Of a DNA stretch of 64,000 nt, positions 29,310 through 39,418 are shown piece after piece (positions within the stretch are counted from its first letter, which is position 1; every line of letters begins with the position of its first letter). This stretch comes from a candidate division FCPU426 bacterium. Its GTDB lineage: Bacteria > Oederibacteriota > Muellerivitia > Muellerivitales > Muellerivitaceae. The notes below the pieces were generated by a model. The model did not search any database. It was not told the origin of the DNA and saw only the letters and a list, made by a program, of their open reading frames with translations. The stretch is from NCBI GenBank assembly GCA_963719085.1, contig CAVRAL010000004.1, forward strand, positions 640,001 to 704,000, read 5' to 3'. The translations under genes and the position numbers were made by a program.

Positions 29310-30200
29310 CTACCGGGCCGCTTGCTCCACCAAAACACCCCATCCTTCCTTCGGCGAAGGATAGCTCGGTTTCCAACCCGTGGCCGCTTTAAACCGGCGG
29401 TTGGAAAGAAGCAAGGATCCATCCGAAGGCTCTTTGGGCCGGGTCAAAAGCGACAGCCAAAAGGGCGGACGAAAAAGTGACCGGCGCCCCAAAGCTTCCG
29501 CCAACATCCGGGCGGATTGACCCCGGGGGGACGGCTCGTCCTCGCAAACATTAAAGACACCGGTGGGCGCGTGCAGGGCGAAGCCGACGGCTGAGGCGGC
29601 GTCATCGGCGTGGATCCGGGGTAAAAATCCCAGAAGCGGTTCCAGCTCCGCGAAATAACCAAGCTTCGCCCACTTCAGCATGCGGCGGGTTTCGTTATCA
29701 TCCGCTGAATAAATTTGGGCCATTCGCAAAATGACGGGCACAGCCCCGGCTTTTTCCAGCTCCAAGACGTTTCGCTCCATCGCGCGGATGGAGTAGGAAA
29801 CTGCGTCGGTTTTCACCGCGCCCTCCTCGCCGATCCAGTCACGGCCGTTATCCCGGTAAACCCGGTAGGAGGATTCCTCAATGAAGCGGCCCACATGGTT
29901 TTTCAGAGCCGCGTGAACCAGGTTGAGCGAGATCGCCCGCCTCAGCGCGTGCGCTTTTTTCCAAGTCCGGGGCCCCAAGCCGCCCGTCAGATTGAGGATG
30001 ACTTCCTGCCCATAGGTGGCCACTTGGGTGTCGACCACATTTAATAAATTCACCTTCGAGGCCCGCGCGCCTAAGCTTTGAGCCAAACGGACTTCCTCGG
30101 AGGAAGCCATCGCCGCTGTTACCGCGTGATGGTCCCGGACCAGCGCTTTGAGGACTCGACGGCCCAAAGGACCGGCGGCCCCCGTTATGAATATTTTCAT
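29310..30200 (-). CDS. NAD-dependent epimerase/dehydratase (extended/atypical SDR)
   Basis: MKIFITGAAGPLG, IHADDAA, SNRRFK..GWKP.YPS. Confidence 0.8.
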   Translation of the reverse strand: MKIFITGAAGPLGRRVLKALVRDHHAVTAAMASSEEVRLAQSLGARASKVNLLNVVDTQVATYGQEVILNLTGGLGPRTWKKAHALRRAISLNLVHAALKNHVGRFIEESSYRVYRDNGRDWIGEEGAVKTDAVSYSIRAMERNVLELEKAGAVPVILRMAQIYSADDNETRRMLKWAKLGYFAELEPLLGFLPRIHADDAASAVGFALHAPTGVFNVCEDEPSPRGQSARMLAEALGRRSLFRPPFWLSLLTRPKEPSDGSLLLSNRRFKAATGWKPSYPSPKEGWGVLVEQAAR

Positions 30201-30427
30201 GCCTCTTTCTTTCAGCGTAGGCGTAACGCGTGAATGGATTTGACCCAAACCGCCCTACCCCTATTTTAGAAAAGCGCGGCTGGCTTCGCCTAAGGGAACC
30301 CGAGGGGATTTGGGAGAACGTTGATACTTTTAGAGGAATGACTAAAGGTAAATGAAAAACCTTAATCGCTCCTCTTAATGGGAAACAGGAAAAAGGAGCG
30401 GTGTAATTCCGCCGGTTTGTCTGAGTA

Positions 30428-31609
30428 TCAGACTGGCGGGACAACCGCGGAAACCAGCTCCAATTCGGTAATTTCGGAAGCCGTGCCCAGGCGCATGGGA
30501 GGACCCCAATAGCCCGTCCCGCAACTGACATAAAGCTGGGAATCCCCTTCCCGGTAAAGCCCCGCCATATAGGGCTGGGCCAACCGGACCAGATAATTAA
30601 AGGGGAACATTTGGCCCCCATGGGTATGGCCGGATAGCTGAAGGTCCACTTGCTGTTTGACGGCTTCCAAAAAAGTCACCGGCTGATGGGCCAGCACAAT
30701 CACGGGTTTCATAGGATCCCGCCCGGCCAGGGTCTTTTCCAAGTCGGGATTGACGCCAAATTGGCGGGCCGCCAAATCCGGCAGGCCGGCCAGCTCAAAC
30801 CCTTTTTTGCCTCCGATGGAAACCCGCTGATTTTCCAAAGGTGTAATTCCTATTTTTCTCAACCAGTCGTACCAGCCCGGGACATCCTGGGTGTAATACT
30901 CGTGGTTGCCTGTGATGAAATAAACGCCGTCCTTGGCTTTCAAGTTTTTTAACGGCGCCACGAAAGGCTCGAGCTCTTTCACGCTTCCATCCACCAAATC
31001 ACCCGTGAGGACGATTAAATCGGCATTCAAGGCATTGACCTGATCGACCACGGTTTGGACATAAGAAAGGCCGATCGTGGAACCCACATGAAGGTCGCTG
31101 ATCTGCGCGATGCGGTAGCCGTTCTTTTCGGGCGACAGCTTTTTAAGAGCTACCTTTACCTTTTTAATTTGAATCGCTCCGGCGGTGGCGCCAAAAAAAC
31201 CAAAAAAAGAAAGGCCGCCTGAACCCGCCAAAGCGAGGCTCGCCACCAGCAGATTGATAAAATGCCGTCTTTCCGGATCCATGGGCGTTCCGGATAGGAG
31301 GCCGCCCAGCCACAAGGGCAACTTGACCAAGTCGCCCAAGGCCAAGAGCACGACCAAGAAAAAAGAAACCCCCATCCAAAGGAACACGACCCAAGAAACC
31401 GGCGCGGCCAAGGACTGGGACGCCGTGCGGATGAGCGTAAAACCCACGGGAATTAAAAGCCCGAAAAAGATGATGGCGCAGGTCGCGACGGCCTTCCAAG
31501 GCATCGGAAGGCCGGTGTCGCGCACCAACCGGGCCCAAAGGTAGTAATGCAAACTAAAAAGAATAAACAACACCACGCTCAAAAACATAAAGAAGGAACG
31601 ATGCCGCAT
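30428..31609 (-). CDS. Membrane-anchored metallophosphoesterase (YkuE-like)
   Basis: SDLH, GDLVD, GNHE, LAHQP, SGHTHGGQ; N-terminal TMs. Start uncertain. Confidence 0.9.
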   Translation of the reverse strand: MRHRSFFMFLSVVLFILFSLHYYLWARLVRDTGLPMPWKAVATCAIIFFGLLIPVGFTLIRTASQSLAAPVSWVVFLWMGVSFFLVVLLALGDLVKLPLWLGGLLSGTPMDPERRHFINLLVASLALAGSGGLSFFGFFGATAGAIQIKKVKVALKKLSPEKNGYRIAQISDLHVGSTIGLSYVQTVVDQVNALNADLIVLTGDLVDGSVKELEPFVAPLKNLKAKDGVYFITGNHEYYTQDVPGWYDWLRKIGITPLENQRVSIGGKKGFELAGLPDLAARQFGVNPDLEKTLAGRDPMKPVIVLAHQPVTFLEAVKQQVDLQLSGHTHGGQMFPFNYLVRLAQPYMAGLYREGDSQLYVSCGTGYWGPPMRLGTASEITELELVSAVVPPV

Positions 31610-31685
31610 GAAAATCCGATCATGGAAAAATGGGAAACAAACCGGAAAAGAGTAACTGAAAAAGCACTGAGTTCGCAAGCCCCAC

Positions 31686-31775
31686 AGTCCTGAACTTTAT
31701 CTGGTGGGGAAGTCCTGCGTTTCAAAAGCTTATTTGCGGGAAAGTCCTGCATTCCAAATGCTTACCTGGTGGGAC
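31686..31775. repeat. Three degenerate tandem direct repeats (25-33 bp)
   Basis: Units start AGTCCTG at 31686, 31711, 31743 and end TTAyyTG..GGG. Confidence 0.6.
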
Positions 31776-31787
31776 AAGATTTGCCGC

Positions 31788-31976
31788 TTAAAACGAGAGC
31801 CAACTTTGAGGATTGGAGTTAAAGAATATATAGCCGGTACAAACCAACGCGATCAAAAAGAAAATCCACAATAAAATTCCAGTAGGGTCAAAGGTCGAAA
31901 AAGAACAGCCGCATCGGGGGCAATGGCTGGCCGAGGCGGAAAGTTTATTTTTGCAATCGGGGCAAAGCCAAGGCAC
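31788..31976 (-). CDS. Small zinc-ribbon membrane protein
   Basis: CPDC...CPRCG followed by one TM. Confidence 0.6.
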   Translation of the reverse strand: MPWLCPDCKNKLSASASHCPRCGCSFSTFDPTGILLWIFFLIALVCTGYIFFNSNPQSWLSF

Positions 31977-32083
31977 GCGAAACCTCGAGGAGAACTAAAA
32001 TCGAATGGCGCTATTTGGACGTTTAGCGGAAAAGTTTAGTTGCGGACAGAGTTCGCGGGATTGAAAGGAAATTTATCCGCCGT

Positions 32084-32935
32084 TCAGAAGCCTTCGGCGA
32101 CGATCTTGATGCTGATAGTGGGTTCGGACTTTTTACGCTTATAAACCACTTCCTCCACATCTTCCAAAACCGAGACCACATCGTTGCCGCTTCCGATCAA
32201 GCTCAGATGGGCGGACTTGAGGGTGCCTGGGTAGCTATGCAGGCCGGCGAAATGCTTGGGGGACTGGTGCAAATAGGTATAGCCTTGCGGGTCGTAACGG
32301 CAGGCCGACTCGATGACCGGCTTCTGGTCGTCCTTGTTCAAAGCCTTGGTCAACATCACTTCCAGGCTGTCCTCTTCTAATTTTCGGTCCGGGATATCAA
32401 AAAAGACCGCCGACACGCAATAGTTCTCGTTCGGGGCCAGGCGCAGTTTCCGCGACGCCACTTCCACGGCCTTGAAAAGCTTATCGGGCTCTTCCTTCAA
32501 GGCCATTTCTTTGCTGACAATCTCATGCAAGCTGACGCTTTTGCGCGGCTTGCCCAGGCGTTTATTGGTTTTTTCAAACATGATGGCCCCGTCTTTTTCG
32601 GGGCTGCAGGTATAAAGCTCATCGATCAAACGCCGCTTGACCGGGTCATACATGAGCACCCGGTGCGATTCCGAGAGCATCCACGAATATTTCAGGATGT
32701 CCTTTTCCCCCACCTGGCCCAGGCCGGGAAAGGGAACGCAATTCAGGATGATGAAATTATTATCCAAGAGGGTTTCGGTGCCCAATTCCATCAAGGCGGA
32801 ACAGCGCTTTTTAACGTCCGCGGGGAAATCCACATTCTCGTAAACCGAGAAAAGGCCGGTTCCCTTGGCGTAGCGGGAATCGTCCATTACTTCAGGCGTG
32901 GGCTTTCCGTTTGTGTGCAGCGCGCTGGTGGTCAT
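32084..32935 (-). CDS. Hypothetical cytoplasmic protein
   Basis: 283-aa ORF with native-like codon usage; no recognised motif. Confidence 0.7.
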   Translation of the reverse strand: MTTSALHTNGKPTPEVMDDSRYAKGTGLFSVYENVDFPADVKKRCSALMELGTETLLDNNFIILNCVPFPGLGQVGEKDILKYSWMLSESHRVLMYDPVKRRLIDELYTCSPEKDGAIMFEKTNKRLGKPRKSVSLHEIVSKEMALKEEPDKLFKAVEVASRKLRLAPNENYCVSAVFFDIPDRKLEEDSLEVMLTKALNKDDQKPVIESACRYDPQGYTYLHQSPKHFAGLHSYPGTLKSAHLSLIGSGNDVVSVLEDVEEVVYKRKKSEPTISIKIVAEGF

Positions 32936-33020
32936 AATTAGTTTTATTGTAGAAAAAGTTTGGAAAAAAAAGAAAAAAATCGTCGGAAAAAGTGTTTTTA
33001 TTTATCCCGGGAAGCGGGGT

Positions 33021-33215
33021 TTATTTTCCGTCCGGTAACGGGATAAACATCATTCCGTCATCTAAAAAGCTTTTCTTCACGTCCTTTTCGGCGCACTTTT
33101 CGTTTTTGCATTGATAAACGGCTTTGTAATTGGCGTGTCCCGCGGCCGCTTCTCCCTTAATGATTTTGCGCGAAAATTGGGTCATTTCGTCTCCACAGCC
33201 TAAACAAGAAGGCAT
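33021..33215 (-). CDS. Small Cys-rich protein
   Basis: CLGC...CKNEKC; GAGGT RBS. Confidence 0.6.
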   Translation of the reverse strand: MPSCLGCGDEMTQFSRKIIKGEAAAGHANYKAVYQCKNEKCAEKDVKKSFLDDGMMFIPLPDGK

Positions 33216-33291
33216 AAAACACCTCAGCTTAATGATTTTATTTTGGTTTAGAAAAACTCTTTTTTTCTTTACCGGTTTTTATCCGCGTTCA

Positions 33292-33870
33292 TCATTGTTT
33301 CAATTTATTTTTATGCCGAAAACAATCCACCGTATGGTCATTGGCCATGCCGACCGCCTGCATGTGAGCGTAAACCACCGTGGGGCCCAGAAAGCGGAAC
33401 CCCCGCTTTTTTAAATCCTTGGCCCAAGCTTCGGCTTCCTCGATGACGGCCGGATATTCCTTCAAGCTTTTAAAACGGTGCTGGATCGGCTTTCCCTTGA
33501 CCCAACCCCACATGTATTTGGAAAAGGAGCCGAATTCTTTTTGAACTTCCATAAATTGTTTGGCGTTCTCAATGGCCGCGGCGATCTTCAACCGGTTTCG
33601 CACAATCCCCGCGTCCTTCATCAGCCGGGAGCGGTCCTTAGCCCCGAATTTGGCGATTTTCTGGTAATCGAAATTTTTGAACGCTTTGCGGAAATTCTCC
33701 CGTTTGTTCAAAATGATCCGCCAGGAAAGCCCCGCCTGGAAGGATTCCAGGATTAAAAACTCAAATAGTTTGCGGTCGTCCCGAACCGGCACGCCCCATT
33801 CCTTATCATGGTACTCGGTCATCAAAGCGTCGCCCAAGGACCAAGGGCAACGGGCTTTCGAGGTCTTCAT
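33292..33870 (-). CDS. tag: DNA-3-methyladenine glycosylase I
   Basis: RCPW, YHDKEWG, LFEFLILE.FQAGLSW, IVRNRLKI, NDH..DCF. Confidence 0.95.
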   Translation of the reverse strand: MKTSKARCPWSLGDALMTEYHDKEWGVPVRDDRKLFEFLILESFQAGLSWRIILNKRENFRKAFKNFDYQKIAKFGAKDRSRLMKDAGIVRNRLKIAAAIENAKQFMEVQKEFGSFSKYMWGWVKGKPIQHRFKSLKEYPAVIEEAEAWAKDLKKRGFRFLGPTVVYAHMQAVGMANDHTVDCFRHKNKLKQ

Positions 33871-34169
33871 CGCGATCTTTCTTGATTGGCTTTTTCCAGC
33901 TCGGCCAGCCGTTCGACGGTGAGCTTCTCCACGGCCTGTTTACCCTGGTCGGTTAAGGCGGCCAACTTCATCTGATTGAAAGCCACCAGATCCTCTTCCT
34001 GCATTTGACGGAGGATCGTTTCCATCCGTTCTTTGTCTTCTTTGGGGAAGATGCCTTTTTGGAAACGGATTTCTTTAAGCAGACTTTCGGTGGTCAGGAA
34101 CCCGGTCTTGCGTTTTTGATAAGCCGCCAAGACGGCGTCCCGGAAGAGTCCGTAATTTTCAATGGCCAT
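33867..34169 (-). CDS. Hypothetical protein, possible winged helix
   Basis: LRQMQEEDLV...LTDQGK pattern; ATGA overlap with tag. Confidence 0.6.
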   Translation of the reverse strand: MAIENYGLFRDAVLAAYQKRKTGFLTTESLLKEIRFQKGIFPKEDKERMETILRQMQEEDLVAFNQMKLAALTDQGKQAVEKLTVERLAELEKANQERSR

Positions 34170-34228
34170 AGGTTCTTATTATAGTCTCAAGCGGCCGCTT
34201 TGCTTCCGGTTAAAAACTTCAGTCTCGC

Positions 34229-34603
34229 CTACCCTTCGGAAGCCGAAGTTTCCAAATAGGCCTTCAAGGCTTCCTGGTCTTCCACGGGCATGAGCATGAG
34301 TTTCAGTCCAACGTCGTTTTTGAAGAACATCTTCCCCTCCTTCACCCAAACCACCTCGGCGTAGGCGAAAAGCGAGCGGCGTTGATGGGGCAAAGGAATC
34401 TCCAGGCGGAAGACATCCCCCGGCTTGACGTCTTGGGCGGTCCTTAAAAAAAGACCCTCCAAACTAATGTCCTTGGTGATGCCTTTCACGTTTTGAAGCT
34501 TATCCATCGCTTCGCGTTTTTCCAAAATTTGAAATTGGATCGGCACCTTGACCGACACGCGCTGGTGCGCCCGGTGCTCTAGAAACGCTTGGGATTTGGT
34601 CAT
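34229..34603 (-). CDS. PilZ domain protein
   Basis: RAHQR (RxxxR) and DISLEG (DxSxxG). Confidence 0.88.
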   Translation of the reverse strand: MTKSQAFLEHRAHQRVSVKVPIQFQILEKREAMDKLQNVKGITKDISLEGLFLRTAQDVKPGDVFRLEIPLPHQRRSLFAYAEVVWVKEGKMFFKNDVGLKLMLMPVEDQEALKAYLETSASEG

Positions 34604-34634
34604 CGTTCACATCCTCAATCGAAGAAGGCTGAAA

Positions 34635-34811
34635 TTACTTCTTTTTATAGACGTTTAAGCCGACTTTCTCGTCCCGGTCAGGAATGGAAATATTCCCCTC
34701 GGTCGAGGCCACAATGGTTGTCTTGCCCGAGGAAGAAGGCCCGAACTCTTTGGAAAGATCAACCTTGATCGTCAGGATATTTCCTTCCACTTTCATTTCA
34801 ACATTTTTCAC
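34635..34811 (-). CDS. Small 58-aa protein (not in ORF track)
   Basis: GTG start with GGAG RBS; MKNVEMKVEGNILTIKVDLSKEFGPSSSGKTTIVASTEGNISIPDRDEKVGLNVYKKK. Confidence 0.75.
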   Translation of the reverse strand: MKNVEMKVEGNILTIKVDLSKEFGPSSSGKTTIVASTEGNISIPDRDEKVGLNVYKKK

Positions 34812-34829
34812 GATCGGCTCCCTGAACCT

Positions 34830-35117
34830 CTATTTGAACAAATCATCCCACTTCTTTTTCGCGTCATCCTGGGGCGGCGCGGGCCCGCCCATGGGCCGGT
34901 CCAAGAACTCAAACTCATCGCAAAAATTGCGCTTGTCCTTGTCCCGAACCGGCTCGGTGGTGGAACTGCGGCACTCATGATGCGCGCTCCGGTCATAAAA
35001 CCGGCAGTTAAGACACCGGTGTAAGTCGGCCCCGCATTTTGAGCAAGTCTCGTTTCGCCCCGGCTGGGTTCCGGGAGTTCCCTCCCAAGGCGCCCGACAA
35101 GCGTAACAGGCTTTCAT
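34830..35117 (-). CDS. Small Cys-rich hypothetical protein
   Basis: CYAC, CSKC, CLNCRFY, NFCDEF, WDDLFK. Confidence 0.75.
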   Translation of the reverse strand: MKACYACRAPWEGTPGTQPGRNETCSKCGADLHRCLNCRFYDRSAHHECRSSTTEPVRDKDKRNFCDEFEFLDRPMGGPAPPQDDAKKKWDDLFK

Positions 35118-35175
35118 AAAATCTTACCCTTCGAGAGCCTCAGGGTCTCTTTAATCATTTTATTATTTTCAATCG

Positions 35176-35949
35176 TTAAAAGTAATACCGGGCGCCCAAA
35201 CTTCCGTATATTTGGAAAAGGGTCCCGGGAGTCACCCAAAAGGTCGGCTCGGCCTGGATATAAAGGTCGATGGGGATCTGGGACCTCTGGAAAAGATAGG
35301 TAATGCCCACCGGAGCCTCCACCGCCGCCGCCAAAACACCGTTGACCGCCGCGTCCCCGCCGATGCCGATGTAAAAAGCAAAAGCCCCGTTTTTGGCGTG
35401 GATCAGGTCGAAATCATGCCAAAGATAGGCCAGCTGGAAAAGCGCGCCGCCGTTGAGTTTGACCTCGCCCTGGAAAGCGCTTTGCTGGTCCAGCCAGTAC
35501 TTGCCGGTCGCGCCGTAGGTGCCGGGCTCTCCGAATTCCAATCCGATCCCAAAATTGCCGCCGCCCACCACGGGCCCCGGATTTTCGGCGCTTGCCCCAG
35601 CGGCACCGGCGCTTGTGGCTGCCGAAGGAAATGTCGGGGGCAGGGTGGAACCGCGCAGGTTGTCAGTGAAAGCTTGAAGCTGGGGATTGGCGTGCAGACT
35701 CAGGCTTTGGTCATAGGCGGCCAAAGCGTCGGTCTTGTCGCCTTCGGCGTAATAGGAACTTCCCAAGACTTGGTAAGCCTGCCAGTTGGAGGGATCGGTC
35801 TGGGTGGCGGCCTTCAGATAAAGGACGGCTTGGTTGTATTGCTTCTGGTTATAAAACCCCACACCGGCCGCGTAATACTGCGCCGAAGTGGCGGCGAAGG
35901 CCAGGCCAGCTAGCGAAAATGATAAAACCGTGAAAATGATTTTTTTCAT
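35176..35949 (-). CDS. Secreted TPR protein with C-terminal beta-barrel-like domain
   Basis: Signal peptide, about two TPRs, linker, amphipathic strands ending GARYYF. Confidence 0.7.
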   Translation of the reverse strand: MKKIIFTVLSFSLAGLAFAATSAQYYAAGVGFYNQKQYNQAVLYLKAATQTDPSNWQAYQVLGSSYYAEGDKTDALAAYDQSLSLHANPQLQAFTDNLRGSTLPPTFPSAATSAGAAGASAENPGPVVGGGNFGIGLEFGEPGTYGATGKYWLDQQSAFQGEVKLNGGALFQLAYLWHDFDLIHAKNGAFAFYIGIGGDAAVNGVLAAAVEAPVGITYLFQRSQIPIDLYIQAEPTFWVTPGTLFQIYGSLGARYYF

Positions 35950-36031
35950 GGAGGCTCCTTGAGGTGGAACCAGATTACAGAAAATCCATGAAATTTTCGA
36001 CGATTTTGAGGCGGAAAACGCGTGAGCCGGC

Positions 36032-38791
36032 TTACTTTTTAACGAGCTTCGGTTCCTTGACCGCCTTCACTTCATCCAGTCTTGAAACCGCCGTTGTATA
36101 GGGCGCGTTTTTGAAGAGGTCCGGATTGGTTTCCATTTCTTGCCGGATCTTCAGCATGGCGTCCACAAACTCATCCAAGGTTTTTTTGGTTTCGGTCTCC
36201 GTGGGCTCAATCATGATGGACTCGGGCACCACCAGCGGGAAATAAATGGTGGGCGGATGGTAGTTAAAATCAATGATGCGCTTGGCGATGTCGAGGGCCG
36301 ACACGCCGTATTTCTTTTTCAAAGGCTCCGCGGTCAAGACGAACTCGTGTTTGCACAAGCGGTCATAGGCCACCGGATAAGCGCCTTTGAGCTTGGCCAA
36401 AAGGTAATTGGCGTTCAAGGTGGCGACGCGGCCCACCCGTTCCAACCCTTCCTTGCCGTTACGCTTGCAATAGGCCAGCGCCCGAAGCAACACGCCGAAA
36501 TTGCCCACATTGCCCTTCACCCGGCCGATGGATTGGGGGGAGCCGGTCTTTAAAAAATACCGGTTCCCTTCCCGCGCCACCCGCGGTTCGGGCAGATAAG
36601 GCTCCAAGACTTTCGTGCAGCCCACCGGACCCGAACCCGGCCCCCCGCCGCCGTGAGGCGTCGAGAAGGTTTTATGCAAATTCAGATGCACCAAGTCAAA
36701 CCCCATATCCGCCGGCCGGCAGATCCCCACAATGGCGTTCATATTGGCGCCGTCATAATAAAGAAGACCCCCCGCGTCATGCACCAGCTTGGCCACGTCC
36801 AAAATATGCTCCTCAAACAACCCGAGCGTGCTCGGGTTTGTCAGCATCAAGACCGCCGTGTCTTTTCCCAGTTTGGCCTTCAAGGCTTCCAAGTCCATAT
36901 TGCCCCGCGCGTCGGTGGGGATGGAGACCGTCTTCCAGCCCGCCATCGTGGCGGAGGCCGGGTTGGTGCCGTGGGCGGAATCGGGCACGATCACATTGAC
37001 CCTTTGGTGCTCGCCCCGGTCGGCGAAATAACGCTTGGCCATCAGAAGCGCCGTCAATTCTCCCTGGGCGCCCGCGGCGGGCTGCAGCGTCAAGGCGTGG
37101 CAGCCCGTGACTTCGGAAAGCCAATGTTCCAGTTCATACATGACTTGAAGCGCGCCTTGCACCTCGTCTTCCCGTTGGGCCGGATGAAGGTCCGCCCATT
37201 CGTCCCGGAACGCGATATCCTCGTGCACCTTCGGGTTGTATTTCATCGTGCAGGAACCCAAAGGATAAAAACCGTTATCGATGCAGAAATTTTTCCGGGC
37301 CAAGTCGGTGTAATAACGGACCAGCTCAATTTCCGCGTGGGATTCGATGGCCGGAAGCGCTCGCGGCTTGATCCAACTCGGAAGCGCCGCGGGCCTTTGA
37401 TGAACCACATGCCCGGAATGAGCGGAACCCATCGAAGGGCTTCCCGCCTTCGAATGGGCCGTGAATTCCTCGCAAGCCGAGATAAATGATTCCATGTCTT
37501 CCAGCGTGGTCAATTCGGTGCAGGCCACCAGCACGCAGTCTTTATATTCGGGATAGTCTTTGGATAAATCGTAAGGCGCCACCATGCCCCATTCGGCGAG
37601 AAAATTGGCGAAACCCGGGCTCGGGGGCCGAACGACGAACTCGTTGGCGTAATGGGCGCTTTCAATTTTAAATCCGGGAATCTTGGCGATCTCGGTCGCC
37701 AGCGCGAAAGCCGTGGCCGCGCCGTCCTGGGCCGCCTGCTGGGCGCCCGCGCCGCCTTTAAAGTAAAGCCAGGCGGAGGCGAAGTTGGCCATCAGCGATT
37801 GAGTGGTACAGACGTTGGAAACCGCGCGTTCCCGGCGGATATGTTGTTCCCGGGCCTGAAAGGTGAGGACCAAGCCTTCTTGACCGTTGCGGTCCGTCGT
37901 GCCGCCCACGATGCGGCCTGGCATTTGGCGGATATCGTCCATGCGGGCGGTCAGGAAGCCCGCGTGCGGGCCGCCGAACGAGAGAATATTCCCGAAGGAC
38001 TGGGCGGAGCCCGCGCAAACATCGGCGCCTAAGGAACCGGGCGATGGGAGCAGGGCCAAATTCATGGCTTCCGGCACGGCCACGACTAAGTAGCATTGTT
38101 TTTCTTTGCAAATTTTAGAAAGCGCGGCCAGATCCTCAATGGTCCCGAGGAAGTTCGGATATTGCACCACCACAACGGAATTGGGCCAAAGCGCGGTCTT
38201 AAGCGATTCCAGGTCCGTCTCGGTTCCTTTTAAGCCCACTTCCTGGATTTTAATCCCCAAGGGATTCAAATAGGTCTGAATGGTTTCCCGGTATTCGGGA
38301 TGGACGGCCTTGGAAACGAAAACCAGTGAGGCTTGTTTTTTAATTCGAAGGGCCAGAAGCGTGGCTTCCGCCACGGCGGTAGCGCCGTCATAAAGCGAGG
38401 CGTTGGAAACTTGAAGGCCGGTCAGTTCCACCATGTAGGTTTGGAAATCAAAAAGGACTTGGAGCGTGCCCTGGGCGATCTCGGGTTGGTAAGGCGTATA
38501 AGAGGTAAGAAATTCAGGCCGGGTCACGACCGCTTTCACCGCCGAGGGAACCTCGTGATAATAAAGCCCCGCGCCCAAAAAACAAGGACGACCCGAGACC
38601 GGCGAGTTGTTTTTGCCGATCAAGGTAAACCAGCGTTTCAGTTCGGGTTCGCTGAGGCCCTTGGGCAGGTTGAGGCCGTTTTTTAAAATTTGCGCGGGCG
38701 GAACGTCGGCGAAAAGATCATCGAGCTTGGAAACGCCGATGGCTTTGAGCATTTCCTTTTCGTCTTGGGGTGTAATCGGAATATAAGCCAA
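36032..38791 (-). CDS. gcvP: Glycine dehydrogenase P-protein, GcvPA-GcvPB fusion
   Basis: [41 protein letters not shown] (PLP Lys), IEPTETE. Confidence 0.93.
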   Translation of the reverse strand: MAYIPITPQDEKEMLKAIGVSKLDDLFADVPPAQILKNGLNLPKGLSEPELKRWFTLIGKNNSPVSGRPCFLGAGLYYHEVPSAVKAVVTRPEFLTSYTPYQPEIAQGTLQVLFDFQTYMVELTGLQVSNASLYDGATAVAEATLLALRIKKQASLVFVSKAVHPEYRETIQTYLNPLGIKIQEVGLKGTETDLESLKTALWPNSVVVVQYPNFLGTIEDLAALSKICKEKQCYLVVAVPEAMNLALLPSPGSLGADVCAGSAQSFGNILSFGGPHAGFLTARMDDIRQMPGRIVGGTTDRNGQEGLVLTFQAREQHIRRERAVSNVCTTQSLMANFASAWLYFKGGAGAQQAAQDGAATAFALATEIAKIPGFKIESAHYANEFVVRPPSPGFANFLAEWGMVAPYDLSKDYPEYKDCVLVACTELTTLEDMESFISACEEFTAHSKAGSPSMGSAHSGHVVHQRPAALPSWIKPRALPAIESHAEIELVRYYTDLARKNFCIDNGFYPLGSCTMKYNPKVHEDIAFRDEWADLHPAQREDEVQGALQVMYELEHWLSEVTGCHALTLQPAAGAQGELTALLMAKRYFADRGEHQRVNVIVPDSAHGTNPASATMAGWKTVSIPTDARGNMDLEALKAKLGKDTAVLMLTNPSTLGLFEEHILDVAKLVHDAGGLLYYDGANMNAIVGICRPADMGFDLVHLNLHKTFSTPHGGGGPGSGPVGCTKVLEPYLPEPRVAREGNRYFLKTGSPQSIGRVKGNVGNFGVLLRALAYCKRNGKEGLERVGRVATLNANYLLAKLKGAYPVAYDRLCKHEFVLTAEPLKKKYGVSALDIAKRIIDFNYHPPTIYFPLVVPESIMIEPTETETKKTLDEFVDAMLKIRQEMETNPDLFKNAPYTTAVSRLDEVKAVKEPKLVKK

Positions 38792-38810
38792 GTTTCGCTC
38801 CGCGCGTGCT

Positions 38811-38899
38811 GAGTTTTAAGTTCTTAGTTTTGAGTTAAAATCTTTCTGCGAAGCAGAAAATTCCACAACTTAAACCTTAAAATTCAAAACTAAAAACTT
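38811..38899. repeat. Inverted arrays of 7-nt tandem repeats, gene-less
   Basis: GAGTTTT AAGTTCT TAGTTTT GAGTT ... AACTTAA ACCTTAA AATTCAA AACTAAA AACTT, central TTCTGC-GAA-GCAGAA hairpin. Confidence 0.7.
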
Positions 38900-38902
38900 G
38901 TT

Positions 38903-39271
38903 TTAATGAGATTCGATCGTCTTGAGATAATCGGCTTCCGAGAGGTATTCGTCCAGGGCCTTGGGGTTATCCATTTGAACGACCGCCAGCCATCCGGCCC
39001 CTTCGGGGTCTTGGGTCACCAGGCTGGCCTGGTCTTTGAGCTTTTCGTTGATCTCCACCACGGTACCCGCCGGGCTATAGGCGTCGGCCACGGCTTTGAC
39101 GGATTCCAGCACGCACAGGCTTTGCTTATCCGCCAGTTTTTTGCCCACATCGGGAAGTTCCACGAACACCACGTCGGAGAGCTCATGGGCGGCGTGTTTG
39201 GAAATGCCGATTTTGACTTTGCCGGCGCCGAGATCTTCGTACCATTCGTGGGTTTTGGCGAACTTGCGCAT
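38903..39271 (-). CDS. gcvH: Glycine cleavage H protein
   Basis: THEW, VVFVELP, ESVKA (lipoyl Lys), GAGWL. Confidence 0.93.
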   Translation of the reverse strand: MRKFAKTHEWYEDLGAGKVKIGISKHAAHELSDVVFVELPDVGKKLADKQSLCVLESVKAVADAYSPAGTVVEINEKLKDQASLVTQDPEGAGWLAVVQMDNPKALDEYLSEADYLKTIESH

Positions 39272-39418
39272 GAAAGCTCCTGAATTGTGGGCTAGGCGGT
39301 CCCTTCGGGACCAAGTGTTGGAAGGGTGACGAAGGCCAAACTATAGCAAAAAGGAAAAACTTTTCCAGCGTTAATGCGTGAGGATTTTATTCGTTACATT
39401 TTTAAATAACCAATGGGC

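Noticed and set aside
31686..31775. Possible CRISPR array
   Set aside because: Units are contiguous and degenerate with no unique spacers; no cas genes in the window.
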